Shown here one piece after another: positions 41,046 through 54,065 of a stretch of 64,000 bases of DNA; position 1 is the first letter of the stretch, and each line of letters begins with the position of its first letter. Both the position numbers and the translations under genes were made by a program. Location: NCBI GenBank assembly GCA_964016885.1, contig OZ024750.1, positions 3,906,001 to 3,970,000 on the forward strand, given 5' to 3'. Below the pieces are notes generated by a model that ran no database searches, was not told where the DNA came from, and worked only from the letters and a program-made list of their open reading frames with translations. The DNA comes from Eledone cirrhosa. Taxonomy: Eukaryota.

Positions 41046-41344
41046 GAAGTGCGGCAACAGCCGAAATATACGATAAAGTTATATCTGTAAAAATACATTA
41101 CAGGTAATGGAGACTATAAATTAACCACTGGGGAGGAAACCAATTTGTTCAACACCGCCCGTGATCAGAGGGGCGGTGTTGTACGAATTTCATCCGACTC
41201 CAGTGGTTAATGTACTCAACTTACGGCATTGTTTTTCATAGTAAAAACGCGTTAAAGTTACTAACTTTAAATTCAAAACTTCCTACCCATTCAGCGGTTC
41301 TAAAAATAGATTGTATGGATATATATATAGTAATAATAATAAAT

Positions 41345-41506
41345 GTGAAGACTAAAATCCGAAAAGGGCTCGATAAGGATATCAAAATATATAAAACCAT
41401 TGAGCAAATATTTATTAAAATAACAGATTAAAGTTTAAGCAAAGAATCATTATGAGTTTCAAAAGATCCCGTTAAGGGTGAAAGCAGAACATTCTTTAAT
41501 CTGTTA

Positions 41507-41515
<9 letters not shown>
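41345..41515 (+). mobile_element. Family D remnant with internal inversion
   Basis: attaaaataacagattaaag ... ctttaatctgttattttaat around tcccgttaagggtGAAAGC. Confidence 0.65.
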
Positions 41516-41558
<43 letters not shown>

Positions 41559-41561
<3 letters not shown>

Positions 41562-41694
41562 GTCTGAACGTCGAAACGGCCGGAGATCAGCCATCGGGGT
41601 CCTGGCTCTTTTTATATTACCCACTCTACTACCCAAAGTATTGAGTACTCTGGTGCGTTATGGTCCACCGGGTATCTCACCACACTCTCTTTGT

Positions 41695-41738
<44 letters not shown>

Positions 41739-41842
41739 TAGGGTGTGGTATAAAAACAGGTAGTCCATAACCCACTAGAGTACTCGATACTTGCGATAGT
41801 AGAGTGGGTAATATGAAAAGATTCAGGACCCCGATGGCTGTA
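41559..41842. mobile_element. Two family B fragments facing each other (41559-41697 on +, 41740-41842 on -)
   Basis: Tail homology to 11310-11392. Confidence 0.7.
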
Positions 41843-41969
41843 TATGAAAATTGTGTTTCCTTGAAAATGATTTTGGAAAAGATATCAGGTGTGCTTCTAT
41901 TGGCTTTCTGCAGGTGTATTAAATACACCCACCTATTAGATATATATAAACACTTTAAAACAGTTTAGT

Positions 41970-42269
41970 CTGGAGAAGGCGTTTCCCCGGAGGACGGCAA
42001 GGGAGACGCGCTGGAAAAGCCACTCCAACTCGCGGGGCTCACACCTGCGGCTGGCCAGCTCAGCGCCTATGGTGGTGAGTAAGGAGGTAGCCCTGGGGCC
42101 GAGGACACCAGAAGTCTCCACTGCCAGGGGAACGACCGCAATCCTGTCGGACAGCGACCGGTATTTGAGGAGTTTGGCCCCCTCAGCCCGACGTGCAGCA
42201 GAACCTGGGTCAGTCGCAGACTGCACCTGGTTGCAGCTGCAGAAAGTGTCGGTGCAAGTGGCATCCCAG
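41970..42269 (-). mobile_element. CRE-like REL endonuclease fragment flanked by a 20-bp direct repeat
   Basis: WDATCTDTF...AEGAKLLKYRSL...PLAVETSGVLG...LFQRVSLAVLRGNA; acactttaaaacagtttagt at 41950-41969 and 42270-42289. Confidence 0.9.
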
Positions 42270-43072
42270 ACACTTTAAAACAGTTTAGTGTTGTAGAAGT
42301 GGGCTGGGGGAGGAGGAAGGCGGGATTTGTTTCGTATCAAAAGGGTTAAATAGTTCCTATTTGTATACATTTGGTATTTTTACTTGCTATTAAAACAGGT
42401 ACATTTCTCCAAAGCCCCCTTTCGTGGCACCTAATAACCTAATACCCCTTAAAACAATAAGGGTTCCGTTTGTTTGTTTTTTATGATTGCTTTTTCATTT
42501 TATTTATTTTATCTTTGAGCTTTTGAGTAACTTTTTTTTTCTTTTATCTTAGACATTTCATCTGCATCCTGGTGTCTGCTTACTTGATTGCATCTTTCAA
42601 TTTACTTACACACACACACACACACACACACACTCTCTCTCTCTCCCTGTCACTCTCTCTCTTTCTCTGTCTCTCTCTCGCTCTGGCTCTATCTATCTAT
42701 CTATCTATCTATCTCTATCTCTCCCCCCTCTCTCTCTCTCTTTCTCTGTTCTTTTTTCTTCCTTCTCTCTCTCTCTCACTCTCTCAATTTCTATGGCCCC
42801 ACCCACCTCACCCCCCTCTCTGTCTCAATAATTTTATCTTCTTCGTCTTTTTATTCTATTTTTTTCCCATTGTTCCTTCTTTTTTGTTTATTTCCATGGT
42901 AACCAACTATCCTATTTCTCCCATTCTGAAATTATTTTCTGTTTAGTCTTTTCTCGTTTATGTGTATGCATGTGTGTATGTGTTTGTGTGTGTGTATGTG
43001 TATGCATGTGTGTATGTGTTTGTGTGTGTGTGTGTGTGTGTGTATGTCTATGCATGTGTCTATGTGTTTGTG

Positions 43073-43104
<32 letters not shown>

Positions 43105-43260
43105 CATGTGTGTATGTGTGTGTCTGTCATTTTTTCTTCTAATTTTTCTTTGATTTTTCAGTTTATATATATATATATATATATAATATATATATATATA
43201 CATACACACATATCATATATATATATATATATACACACACATATATGTATATATACACAC

Positions 43261-43305
<45 letters not shown>

Positions 43306-43360
43306 TACATACATATATATATATATACACACACATTATATATATATATACACACACACA

Positions 43361-43391
<31 letters not shown>

Positions 43392-43413
43392 TATATGTAT
43401 ATATACACACACA

Positions 43414-43446
<33 letters not shown>

Positions 43447-43846
43447 TACATACATATATATATACACATATACTTCACTTCATTGTTATCTTTCTCTCAT
43501 TCTTTATATACTCTTGTTCACACCAGTTAGATTCACCCAAGGGGGTTTACAATATCTCCCCCCCATAGTAATATACCTTACACTGTCGGCCATAATTATA
43601 CGTGATTTTCAAGCTTGAAATTCGTTTATCTGGCTAACTAATAACTAGAACCTTCTTCTATCTTATAAACCTTGCCATTTCTTCTCAATGATATTTGATA
43701 CAATCTCATAAATCGCTACTACCCTCACTTTCTCACTTTCTCTCTTTCTCCCCCCCCCCATTCACACAGAGACATATATATATATATGTATGTATATATA
43801 TATATATACGTATGTATATATATATATATATATGTATATATATACG

Positions 43847-43884
<38 letters not shown>

Positions 43885-43907
43885 CATACCTATATATATA
43901 TATACAT

Positions 43908-43941
<34 letters not shown>

Positions 43942-44012
43942 ACATATATATATATATATATAAACATATATATATATATATAAACACATATATATATATA
44001 TATATATATATA

Positions 44013-44065
<53 letters not shown>

Positions 44066-44067
44066 AC

Positions 44068-44141
<74 letters not shown>

Positions 44142-44147
44142 GTATAG

Positions 44148-44207
44148 TTAGGATCTAGCTGTCGAAACGGCCGGAGCTCAGCCGTCGGGGTCCTGACTCT
44201 TTTCCTA
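44148..44207. mobile_element. Family B single arm
   Basis: ggatctagctgtcgaaacggccggagctcagccgtcggggtcctgactcttttcc-(TA)n. Confidence 0.7.
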
Positions 44208-44226
44208 TATATATATATATATATAT

Positions 44227-44303
<77 letters not shown>

Positions 44304-44492
44304 TCTGTCAGTAAATATGACCCCACAACTACAAGAATTACAGAATATTATACAAAATCGAGAATAGAGTTGAAATCGAACCAGCAAACTCAGTTTAACG
44401 CCCAGTAGTAATATAGTTACACCGACAGCTCTCACGGCATACCCTGTCTCACTTTATCTCCCTCCCCCTCTATCTCTCTCTCTGTATATATT

Positions 44493-44526
<34 letters not shown>

Positions 44527-44539
44527 CATATATATGTAT

Positions 44540-44553
44540 AACGTTAACTTTGA

Positions 44554-44614
<61 letters not shown>

Positions 44615-44665
44615 AACGTTAACTTTGATACTATATATATATATATATATAAACGTTAACTTTGA

Positions 44666-44702
<37 letters not shown>

Positions 44703-44719
44703 AACGTTAACTTTGATAC

Positions 44720-44721
<2 letters not shown>
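44540..44721. repeat. Four copies of aacgttaactttgatacta separated by variable (TA)n
   Basis: Copies at 44540, 44615, 44652 and 44703. Confidence 0.9.
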
Positions 44722-44751
<30 letters not shown>

Positions 44752-45101
44752 AACAGGTATGTATAGTAAATATATATATTTATTTACTACCGAGTCGTCG
44801 CATAACAACACCCGTGAACATGTAGATAAAACATGTACAGTATTTTCCTGGAAAGATTACACTATAGGGTCTTCTCGTTATGTTATCAAGGTCAATAGCA
44901 GCAATGGAACTGAACACTGCAAGATAACGAACCTCTTGTTAACCATACAACTCTTCCACTCCAACAAATTTGTAAATAGATTGTCATGAAATTTATTGAC
45001 TAATATGTGTTGTAAACTAATATAAGTCAAGTGTTTTGCCTAGAACGTATAACTGTGGTTTTTAGAATATCATTGTGGCTTATAGTGAGTGGATTACACT
45101 A

Positions 45102-45188
<87 letters not shown>

Positions 45189-45196
45189 TGTGTATG

Positions 45197-45235
<39 letters not shown>

Positions 45236-45315
45236 TTCAAGGAAACAACAAACAGAGGTACAAAAAATCTTATTAGTTTCTCACTTTATATGGAAAAAAA
45301 ATACACACACACACA

Positions 45316-45389
<74 letters not shown>

Positions 45390-45510
45390 CTTTGCTTAAA
45401 CTTTAATCTGTTATTTAATAAATATTTTCTCTACGGTTTTAATATATATATATCTATATATAATCCTTCTCGAGCCCTCTTCGGATTTTAGTCGTCACAT
45501 TTTTTATTAT

Positions 45511-45593
<83 letters not shown>

Positions 45594-46217
45594 CATGTGA
45601 CTGTAAGTGTGTGTGTTTGTGGACAGGTCAAGATGCTTTGGAGTAGCTTGTCGGGCTCTGTGATTTCACTTCAAATCTTGCCTCCTTGTCACCGAAAAAG
45701 TGTTCAAACTTCTGGCCGGATTTGTGACCGACATATAATTTCTCCCGTTGTCACAAGGAAAGAGGTACAGCCGAAGAAGAATCTGCATTTTTTTTTTAAA
45801 TTCATCGACCTCAAAATTATGAAATGCAACGTTGACCTCGGATCACAGAGAGTCGGGTGAAATATCGCAAAGCATTCCATCCGATATTTTAATGACTTTA
45901 ACAATGCACCGCCTTAAAATCAGTATTTAGATACTTTAAAAAAATATACAGAAAATACAGAGGTTTGGAGTATATTTGATGGATGGATTGTTTTATTTCC
46001 TGAACGCTGGAATATTCCTTGGTATACAATAAATATAACAACTACGAATGTCAGAAGTTCAGTTGAAAAACCTAAAATTGAATGTAGATGATAAAATATT
46101 TTAAAAAGATCTGAAAACATAGCATTAATAATTGTTTCTAATACTGGCACATAACCAACAATTTGAAGGAAAGGGGAACTTCGATTATATCGACCCCGTA
46201 GTACTTAAATATTATTT

Positions 46218-46402
46218 TGGATTGGCAGTATCGGTAGAGGATCGGGCACCATGCTTTGACGCATAGAGTTAGGGCCCTTACCATTCTGAGTTCAAATCCC
46301 GCCGAGGTTAACTTTGCCTTTCATCCTTACGGCGTCGATAAAATAAAGTACCAGTAATGCACTGGTAATTGCTGGCTTTGTGCCAAAAGTAGAAACAATT
46401 AT
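46218..46402 (+). mobile_element. tRNA-derived SINE copy
   Basis: Homologous to 18924-19118. Confidence 0.85.
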
Positions 46403-46539
46403 TTTATAGAATATATCTCAAAAGGATGAAACATATTATTGACCTCGATGGGACTTGAAGTTAGAATGTAAGAAGGCATAGCTAAATTCCGCAAATGCTG
46501 TCCATTGTTCACACGATTCTACCCATACACCATCATTAA

Positions 46540-46935
46540 GAACTGTTTCTAACATTAGCACAAGGCCAGCAATTTGGAGGGGTTGGGTGTGGTGGTGTCG
46601 AGTCGATTATATTGATCCCAGTATTTGATTGCTACTTTTTTTTATCGATCTCCGAAAGATGAAAAGCAAAGTCGGCCTCAGCAAGATTTGAACTCAAAAT
46701 GTTAAAATACTGCTAAGCATTTATTTGACTCTCTGACGACTTTGCAAATCCTCGGCCCTTTGATTTCTAATGTTGGCACAAGGCCAGCAAGTACCCAGTA
46801 CATTACTGGTACTTTATTTTATCGACCTCGTAAGTATGAAAGGCGAAGTTAACCTCGGCGGAATTTGAACTCAGACCATAAAGGGGCGTAACTCTATGCT
46901 ACAGAGCATGGCGTTCGACCCTCTACCGATACTGA
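46540..46935 (-). mobile_element. Two tandem SINE copies (46540-46760, 46765-46935)
   Basis: Homologous to 18924-19118. Confidence 0.8.
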
Positions 46936-46966
46936 TAATGATAAACAAAATATGATTTACTTACGA

Positions 46967-47074
46967 TTAACAGTACGGTTCATCTGTACTTTCAGACATT
47001 AGGGGAATAATGTATTGCGAATGACGTATTCCAAACGTATAAGCAGCCGACTGTCGCTTTTGTATCTGCCATTG
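46967..47074 (-). CDS. ODF3: ODF3/CIMAP1-like, coding exon 4 (terminal)
   Basis: ttacag|[35 protein letters not shown]; FGIRHS is the conserved ODF3 C-terminal motif; phase 0. Confidence 0.9.
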   Translation of the reverse strand, partial: QWQIQKRQSAAYTFGIRHSQYIIPLMSESTDEPYC

Positions 47075-47143
47075 CTGTAAGTATACATTGGGACATTCAC
47101 GCTTACTGTTCTGATGTTATATATATATATGTGTGTGTGTGTG

Positions 47144-47238
<95 letters not shown>

Positions 47239-47249
47239 GTATATATATA

Positions 47250-47378
<129 letters not shown>

Positions 47379-47461
47379 GTATATATATATATGTATATAT
47401 ATATATGTATATATATATATGTATATATATATATGTATATGTATATATGTATATATATATA

Positions 47462-47636
<175 letters not shown>

Positions 47637-47657
47637 GTATATATATGTATATATATG

Positions 47658-47688
<31 letters not shown>

Positions 47689-47975
47689 GTATATATATAT
47701 ATGTATATATATATATATGTATATATATATATGTATATATATATATATGTATATATATATATGTATATATATATATATGTATATATATATATGTATATAT
47801 ATATATGTATATATATATATGTATATATATAAGAATTGAAATACTAGAGTGTGTTGGAGTTAAACACCCTCTTCGTATTATAGAAATGACAGTAAAGGTA
47901 TAGCTCAATGTAATTAAACAGGGCCGAAGAATTATGAAAATAAACCAAAGAAGCCTTCAATACATCAAAAGTCTT

Positions 47976-48024
47976 TATTAGCCAACAATGTTTCGTCCTA
48001 TTAAGGACTCATCAGGGCAATTAA
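47976..48024 (-). ncRNA. Type I hammerhead motif in ODF3 intron (sense)
   Basis: gcc-CTGATGA-gtcc ttaata ggac-GAA-ACATTGT-T-ggc. Confidence 0.8.
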
Positions 48025-48199
48025 AGCTATAAGAAGCACTATCAGCCAATACAAGCCGAAAACTCAGAAGAATATGGAGTGTAAATAGATTAAATCATAG
48101 GAAAATAATCGGGTAAAAATTATCAAGTGAAAATTGCTAAGGAAGTAAGTAACATTTTGAACCATATTACAAATATAGTCCAATGCAAACACTATTTTC

Positions 48200-48270
<71 letters not shown>

Positions 48271-48277
48271 AACTTAC

Positions 48278-48418
48278 CTTTTCTTCCAAATGCGCAAAAG
48301 GTCCCGGTTTAATCGATCTATCCTCAGGGGGATTAAGTCTGCTGTGGATGGTGTAGGATGGAGGTTTACGTAGGTATACATTTGTATCAACTGGTGTATA
48401 TGAATTAGGACCAGGTGT
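48278..48418 (-). CDS. ODF3: ODF3/CIMAP1-like, coding exon 3
   Basis: ttccag|TPGPNSYTPVDTNVYLRKPPSYTIHSRLNPPEDRSIKPGPFAHLEEK|gtaagt; 141 nt, phase 0-0. Confidence 0.92.
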
Positions 48419-48500
48419 CTGGAACAAAAGATAAAATATGTTGTTTCTTTAATATATATATATATATTCAACTCAGACGGTTCCATATTGCTAGAGAGAG

Positions 48501-48536
<36 letters not shown>

Positions 48537-48796
48537 TATATAAATGAGAGGTATAGAGATTGTTTTAGCAAGAAGCTAACAGCATTCTATAACATATATG
48601 CGACTATAACGTCAAGATGGGGAAAGTAGTTAACGAAAGATTTAGGAAAAATAACTCAAACTCATCTCAAAAGAGAATCAGGATATAAATTCATCCACAG
48701 AATTTAGTAAAATCCAGGGAAAAAATCAATAGACCTTTAATTCATGATAAAATAAAGTTTAAAACACTTATCCTTCAATTTGGAATAACATCAAAT

Positions 48797-48877
48797 GCTC
48801 TGTATAGTCTTAAAAGACTATTTCATGAAAACTTTCAGTGGAGATGGTCACGGTTGGATTTCATTCATCAGCAGAGC
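48797..48877 (-). ncRNA. Type I hammerhead motif with full helix III in ODF3 intron (sense)
   Basis: gctctg-CTGATGA-atgaaa...tttcat-GAA-ATAGTCT ttta AGACTAT-A-cagagc. Confidence 0.85.
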
Positions 48878-48977
48878 TCAACAGAAACCAGGGCTCTCAC
48901 AGTAATATAATCCGAAGATAGATAGATAGATAGATAGAGAGAGAGATAGATAGATAGATAGAGATAGATAGATAGAT

Positions 48978-49049
<72 letters not shown>

Positions 49050-49061
49050 CTATATATATAT

Positions 49062-49240
49062 AGGAAAAGTGTCAGGATCTCGACGGCTGAGCTCCGGCCC
49101 TTTTGACAGCTAGATCCGAACGGTGGGAGCTCAGCCGTCAGGGTCCTGACTCTTTTCCTATTACCCACTCTACTACCCTAAGTATTGAGTACTTTGGTGC
49201 GTTATGGTCCACCTGGTTTCTTACCACTCTTTCTTTGTTT
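49062..49240 (+). mobile_element. Family B element (centre deleted)
   Basis: Arms and tail homologous to 11198-11392. Confidence 0.75.
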
Positions 49241-49450
<210 letters not shown>

Positions 49451-49545
49451 GCTTTAAAGAAAAGATAACTCTCAAATAGTTAGAAGAGTACTGTCCCTTG
49501 ATATGTATCCGCTAATGTAGACATAGCAAAGGATATGAAACTTAC

Positions 49546-49661
49546 ATTTTCAGTTTTAGTCCTGCCTCGAGTGACTGACCCCATGGTGTACGCCGGTGAT
49601 TGGGTTTTGTTACTTTCAACTGTTTTACTCAGAACCGGTGGAAGCACATAAGCGTTCGCAC
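49546..49661 (-). CDS. ODF3: ODF3/CIMAP1-like, coding exon 2
   Basis: tggcag|(G)ANAYVLPPVLSKTVESNKTQSPAYTMGSVTRGRTKTEN|gtaagt; 116 nt, phase 1-0. Confidence 0.92.
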
Positions 49662-50284
49662 CTGCCAAAGATAATTAATCTAAATTAGTTTTGATTTTGA
49701 TATATTAAATTAAAGTTTAGTCAATTCACTAGATAAACATTTCTACCGGACTGTTTGGCATGGAGTCGCTCACGTAGAGCATTTATCTGTAACCATGACA
49801 GCTGGCACCACTGATTAGAGTATCGATAGACACCCGTATTCTTTATATTCGTTTCTTATTTTGTCTATATATCAGTAGTTAGAGCATTAAAAGCCACTGA
49901 TGCAGCTGTAGTGATGGTCCCATCTTAAGTATCAAATCCAGATTGTTACGTAAGTTACAGTCGATGGCTTAAGAGACGAGCATTCATTCTGTGGTTTTCT
50001 TCCTATTGATTGTTCTCATTTCGATAATTCTATACTACCTCCACACATAACTATCCCACACACTTGTCTCTCTTCGTCACGTGATTCATATTCTACCTCG
50101 CCCTCTGCCTAGAAACCCGCACAGTATTTCTGAAAATCCTTTCTTCTCTGGCGCAGCATGACTGATTAGACCTCACCGCGTAGCATCCCAGGCAAATGCC
50201 ATTTACCATAGCCCCGGGTCAATCCTTGCCTTGTCAGTGAAATTGGGTAGATGGAAACTGTTTGGATGCCTGTCGTGTAGACAG

Positions 50285-50442
50285 TGGATTGGCAGTATCG
50301 GTGGAGTGGACGCCATGCTTTACACCAAAGAGTTACGGCCATTTACATTCTGAGTTCAAATCCCTAAGGTGTCGATAAAATAAAGTACCAGTAATGTACT
50401 GAGATAATTGCTGGCCTTGTGCCAAAAGTAGAAACAATTATC
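50285..50442 (+). mobile_element. tRNA-derived SINE copy (internal deletion)
   Basis: Homologous to 18924-19118. Confidence 0.8.
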
Positions 50443-50589
50443 AGTAATTCAAAGAGACCAGCCTTGTAATACACCGACATACTCTCATGGAATGACCAAA
50501 TGATGTTTATGTTTTTTTCAATGCAGTTATTAGTAAGAAGAGTTGAAATTAACGTATGCAAGATTTCACAGCTCTAGCATCACTACAAT

Positions 50590-50792
50590 ATATGATGGTC
50601 GGTTGAAAAGTTCATAGGTCTACCAAGACACTCATGGAATGATCAAATGAGGTTTATTTTTCAACATAGTCCATGGAAAGAAACAATGAAGTTATTAATA
50701 AGAAGAATTAAAAATAATGTATGCAAGATTTCACATCTCTAGCATATCAATCCTTCATAGTCAGCCTATGAACCTTTCAGCCTACCCTCGCA
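50590..50792. mobile_element. mariner-like MITE (partial second copy at 50470-50585)
   Basis: TIRs ggtcggttgaaaagttcatagg and cctatgaacctttcagcctaccctcg. Confidence 0.75.
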
Positions 50793-50808
50793 CATATTGA
50801 AAAGTTAC

Positions 50809-51214
50809 CTGGTGTTGTGCTGCTTATTCGATATTTCGAGACGCTCCTTCCAAATGTATATTTTGGTGGGGTTGGTAATTTAAGACCATAGCCTGAATCG
50901 AGACGATAGGTTGCTGGACCTGGTGATAGATGAGGAATGCGGTATTTAGGGCGGGCTCCTATATAGGTGTTAGGACAGGTAAATTTGCCATCCCGATAGA
51001 CTGTTGGATTATGTAAATTGTATTTTGGTCCTGGTGTAATGAACTTAGGAATTTCTTCAAGTCTTCTACCAATGTAGCATGCTGGTTTCTTTGGATAAAG
51101 ACTGTTCGGGTCATGATTCTCAAATCCTAGTAATGGTCGCAAAGCATAAATAGGTCCTGGACTTGTGAACATGGCTGATATAGGGCCACGAGGAATGGTC
51201 GGCTGGAACGTCAT
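50809..51214 (-). CDS. ODF3: ODF3/CIMAP1-like (SHIPPO1 PGP repeats), coding exon 1
   Basis: MTFQPTIPRGPISAMFTSPGPIYALRPLLGFENHD...TPGPKY...SPGPATY...TTP; acceptor tttag at 51240, donor G|gtaact at 50809; phase 1. Confidence 0.93.
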
Positions 51215-51722
51215 TTTGGGGAAGACTTGAAATAGAACCTAAATAAAAAAAAAAAAATTTTTAATCAGATATATAACATCGTTATAGATAAAAAAAAAAT
51301 TTTTATTGCAGGTGCTTCGTTTCTTATGAGGGCACCTAACACAGTGGTGAGGGAATAAAAATCAGCCATCAGATCGTAGGTTCAGTTTCTGGACAGAGCG
51401 GTTCGTTGTTGTGTTTTTCAACAGGACAATTCTTTTCATGATATCACTGGAGATCCTATCATTATAACACACCATTGGAAACTCCCAATGAGACAAGAAT
51501 CTTTCCGGAGGCCAGCTAAACCTACATAGGTGTGAGCTGGGAATTTCATATTAATTCCTCATTCTTAGATATTAATTCCTTTACCGTTATTTCTCAATAT
51601 GCAAGTTTCTAGTAGTGAAACTAATGAGGGCTTTCTAAAGAAGAAGAAGAAGAAGAAGAAGAAGAAGAAGAATCGCAAATAAATGGATTATATTAACATA
51701 TTCAAATAAAATATTAACTTAC

Positions 51723-51850
51723 CAGAAATCGTATCGAAAATACGAAAAATTCTTGTTAAAGTAATCGACGAAATGTTCTGAAAATAAATTGTTTATAAAA
51801 TATTAAAGGGAGTCGTTGAGGAAGATTCAGAACTATCCAATGAAGAACTG
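51723..51850 (-). other. Candidate non-coding 5' exon of the ODF3-like gene (upstream boundary unknown)
   Basis: Strong donor ctg|gtaagtt at 51723; the ATG exon has an acceptor, so an upstream exon is expected; alternative donor aag|gtaatt at 54243. Confidence 0.4.
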
Positions 51851-51894
51851 AGGCTGTGAAGATACCTTTGTATATACTTAATTGCTTTGTATAT

Positions 51895-52318
51895 CTCACT
51901 ACTGTTTACTTTACTTGTAACAGAACTCTATAGACAATGAACACAACCACAAGGATATGGTTCGAACGTGGAAGAGCCGAACTCCGACTGTCATCGCCTC
52001 CATCTCTCTCAGCCTCTCCATCTCTCTGTATGGTGAGCAAATGGGGTCCCATGTGCTGGCCTCCCCACAGCCCCGGCGGACAGAATGGAGAAGGCGTTTC
52101 CCCAGAGGAGGATGGTAAAGGGAGATGCGCTGGAAGAGCCATTCCAACTCGCGAGGCTCACACCTGCGGCTGGACAGCTCAGCGTCTATGGTGGTGAGTA
52201 GAGAGATAACCCTAGGGCCAAGTCTCCACTGCCAAGGGTACAACTTCAAACCTATCGCAGAGCGACCGGTACTTGGAGAGTTTGGCCTCCTCAGCCCGAC
52301 GTGCAGCAGAACCTGGGT
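51895..52318 (-). mobile_element. CRE-like non-LTR element 3' fragment with UTR
   Basis: SRRCEPRELEWLFQRISL...GNAFSILSAG; close to 41970-42269; frameshifted. Confidence 0.85.
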
Positions 52319-52939
52319 TATTACATCAGGAAATTGTCTTATAAACCAACAGTATTTAATCAATCACTATAGTGTCAGACTGACAAATAGATTGATCTAC
52401 TGATTATATAATCACCACAGTTATATTTACATAATTAAACATTTTATACTGCCATGTTGACATAGAACGAGCATTTTAACTAAACTATCGAAGAATAGCG
52501 AATTTCATCTTTCTAATCTATTTCTATATCACTACACTGCTTGGTGTATTTTGAAATAAAGACCTTCAATTACAGATAATTAGATATAATTGTTATGTGC
52601 AGACATTTATAGTTTCATTGCAGATAGATATTGTGTTCGTGTGTATGGTATGACATTTTGAATCAGACAAATAAATATGTTCCTTTAATGTTAGATTCAC
52701 TTGTAGACATATCTGAAGTGGAGTTGGGACGAATAGAATAATTTTATTATTGATGTTTCTTTTGTTTATGATGCTCAACGCATTTAACGGATGAGGTATC
52801 GGCATATTTTACAGTATAATAATATATTATACATTGAATATAATCGATATTATTGATCAAAAGTTAAATGCTACCACCAATTCTTAATACGCAATTTTCC
52901 GAACAATAAGTCCAGACTTCCAAAAATGCAATACTGAAA

Positions 52940-53205
52940 TACGAGGGTCGGCTGAAAGGTTCATAGGCTGACTATGAAGGAGTGATGCTAGAGCTGTGAA
53001 ATCTTGTGTACATAAATTTCAACTTTTCTTCTTAATAACTGCTTTGTTTCTTTTCAGGGACTATGTAGAAAAATAAACCAGATTTGGTCTTTCCATGAGA
53101 GTATCTTGTCTTCTTGGTCATTGTTTCTTTCCAGGGACTATGTTGAAAATAAACCTCATTTGGTCATTCCATGAGAGTATCTTGGTCAGCCTATGAACTT
53201 TTCAG
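52940..53205. mobile_element. mariner-like MITE with internal duplication
   Basis: TAcgagggtcggctgaaaggttcataggctgac ... gtcagcctatgaacttttcag. Confidence 0.8.
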
Positions 53206-53638
53206 TGTTATATTACTGAACCAAACATTACTCACACATGTGGCTACTTGATAATCGTATTTAGTTCTCAGTTACGACAGTTAATACATACAAACAAGAA
53301 TAAACAAACAGAACGAAAACCAACCTAACACAGGGGTTATTTACTTTAATGGCGGTCATTTAAAGTCCGTTCGTTTTGGTACATTGGTAAATATACTAAT
53401 TTCATTTTCAAACCCGATTAACATCGTGGTCATTTCGTGTAGAACAATGAAAGTCTTCTTATCACACACATGACTCCAAATTGCTGAATCTAACATGTCT
53501 GCTTATTTAATATGATTTTTATGTAGCAGCTGCAATACTATCGCCAGACATCTATTGATTACGTTTCACTTGATACTTCACGTCAGTTTTATAAGAAAAG
53601 CAAACGAGGATGTTATAGCATCCATCTTTTATATTGTT

Positions 53639-53684
<46 letters not shown>

Positions 53685-53689
<5 letters not shown>

Positions 53690-53873
53690 AAAAAGTATGA
53701 CCCCGACGGCAGAGCTCAAACCGTTTCGACGGCTATTTCTGGAAATAGCCGTCGAAATGGCTTGAGCTCTGCCGTCGGGGTCATACTTTTTCCTATTACC
53801 CACTCTACTAGCCTAAGTATTGAGTACTCTGGTGCGTTATGGTCCATCGGGTCCCTTACCACAATTCCTTTGT

Positions 53874-53874
<1 letters not shown>
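53685..53874 (+). mobile_element. Family B fold-back element
   Basis: Arms 53685-53739 and 53742-53796, plus tail. Confidence 0.8.
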
Positions 53875-53908
<34 letters not shown>

Positions 53909-53952
53909 TATGATCCCCATCAGACAACTGATAAAGGAAAATTTTCTCCCGG

Positions 53953-54013
<61 letters not shown>

Positions 54014-54032
54014 TAATATATATATATATATA

Positions 54033-54065
<33 letters not shown>

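Noticed and set aside
50777-50808. C-terminal end of the 145-aa ORF as coding
   Set aside because: Lies past the splice donor at 50809 and runs into a MITE TIR
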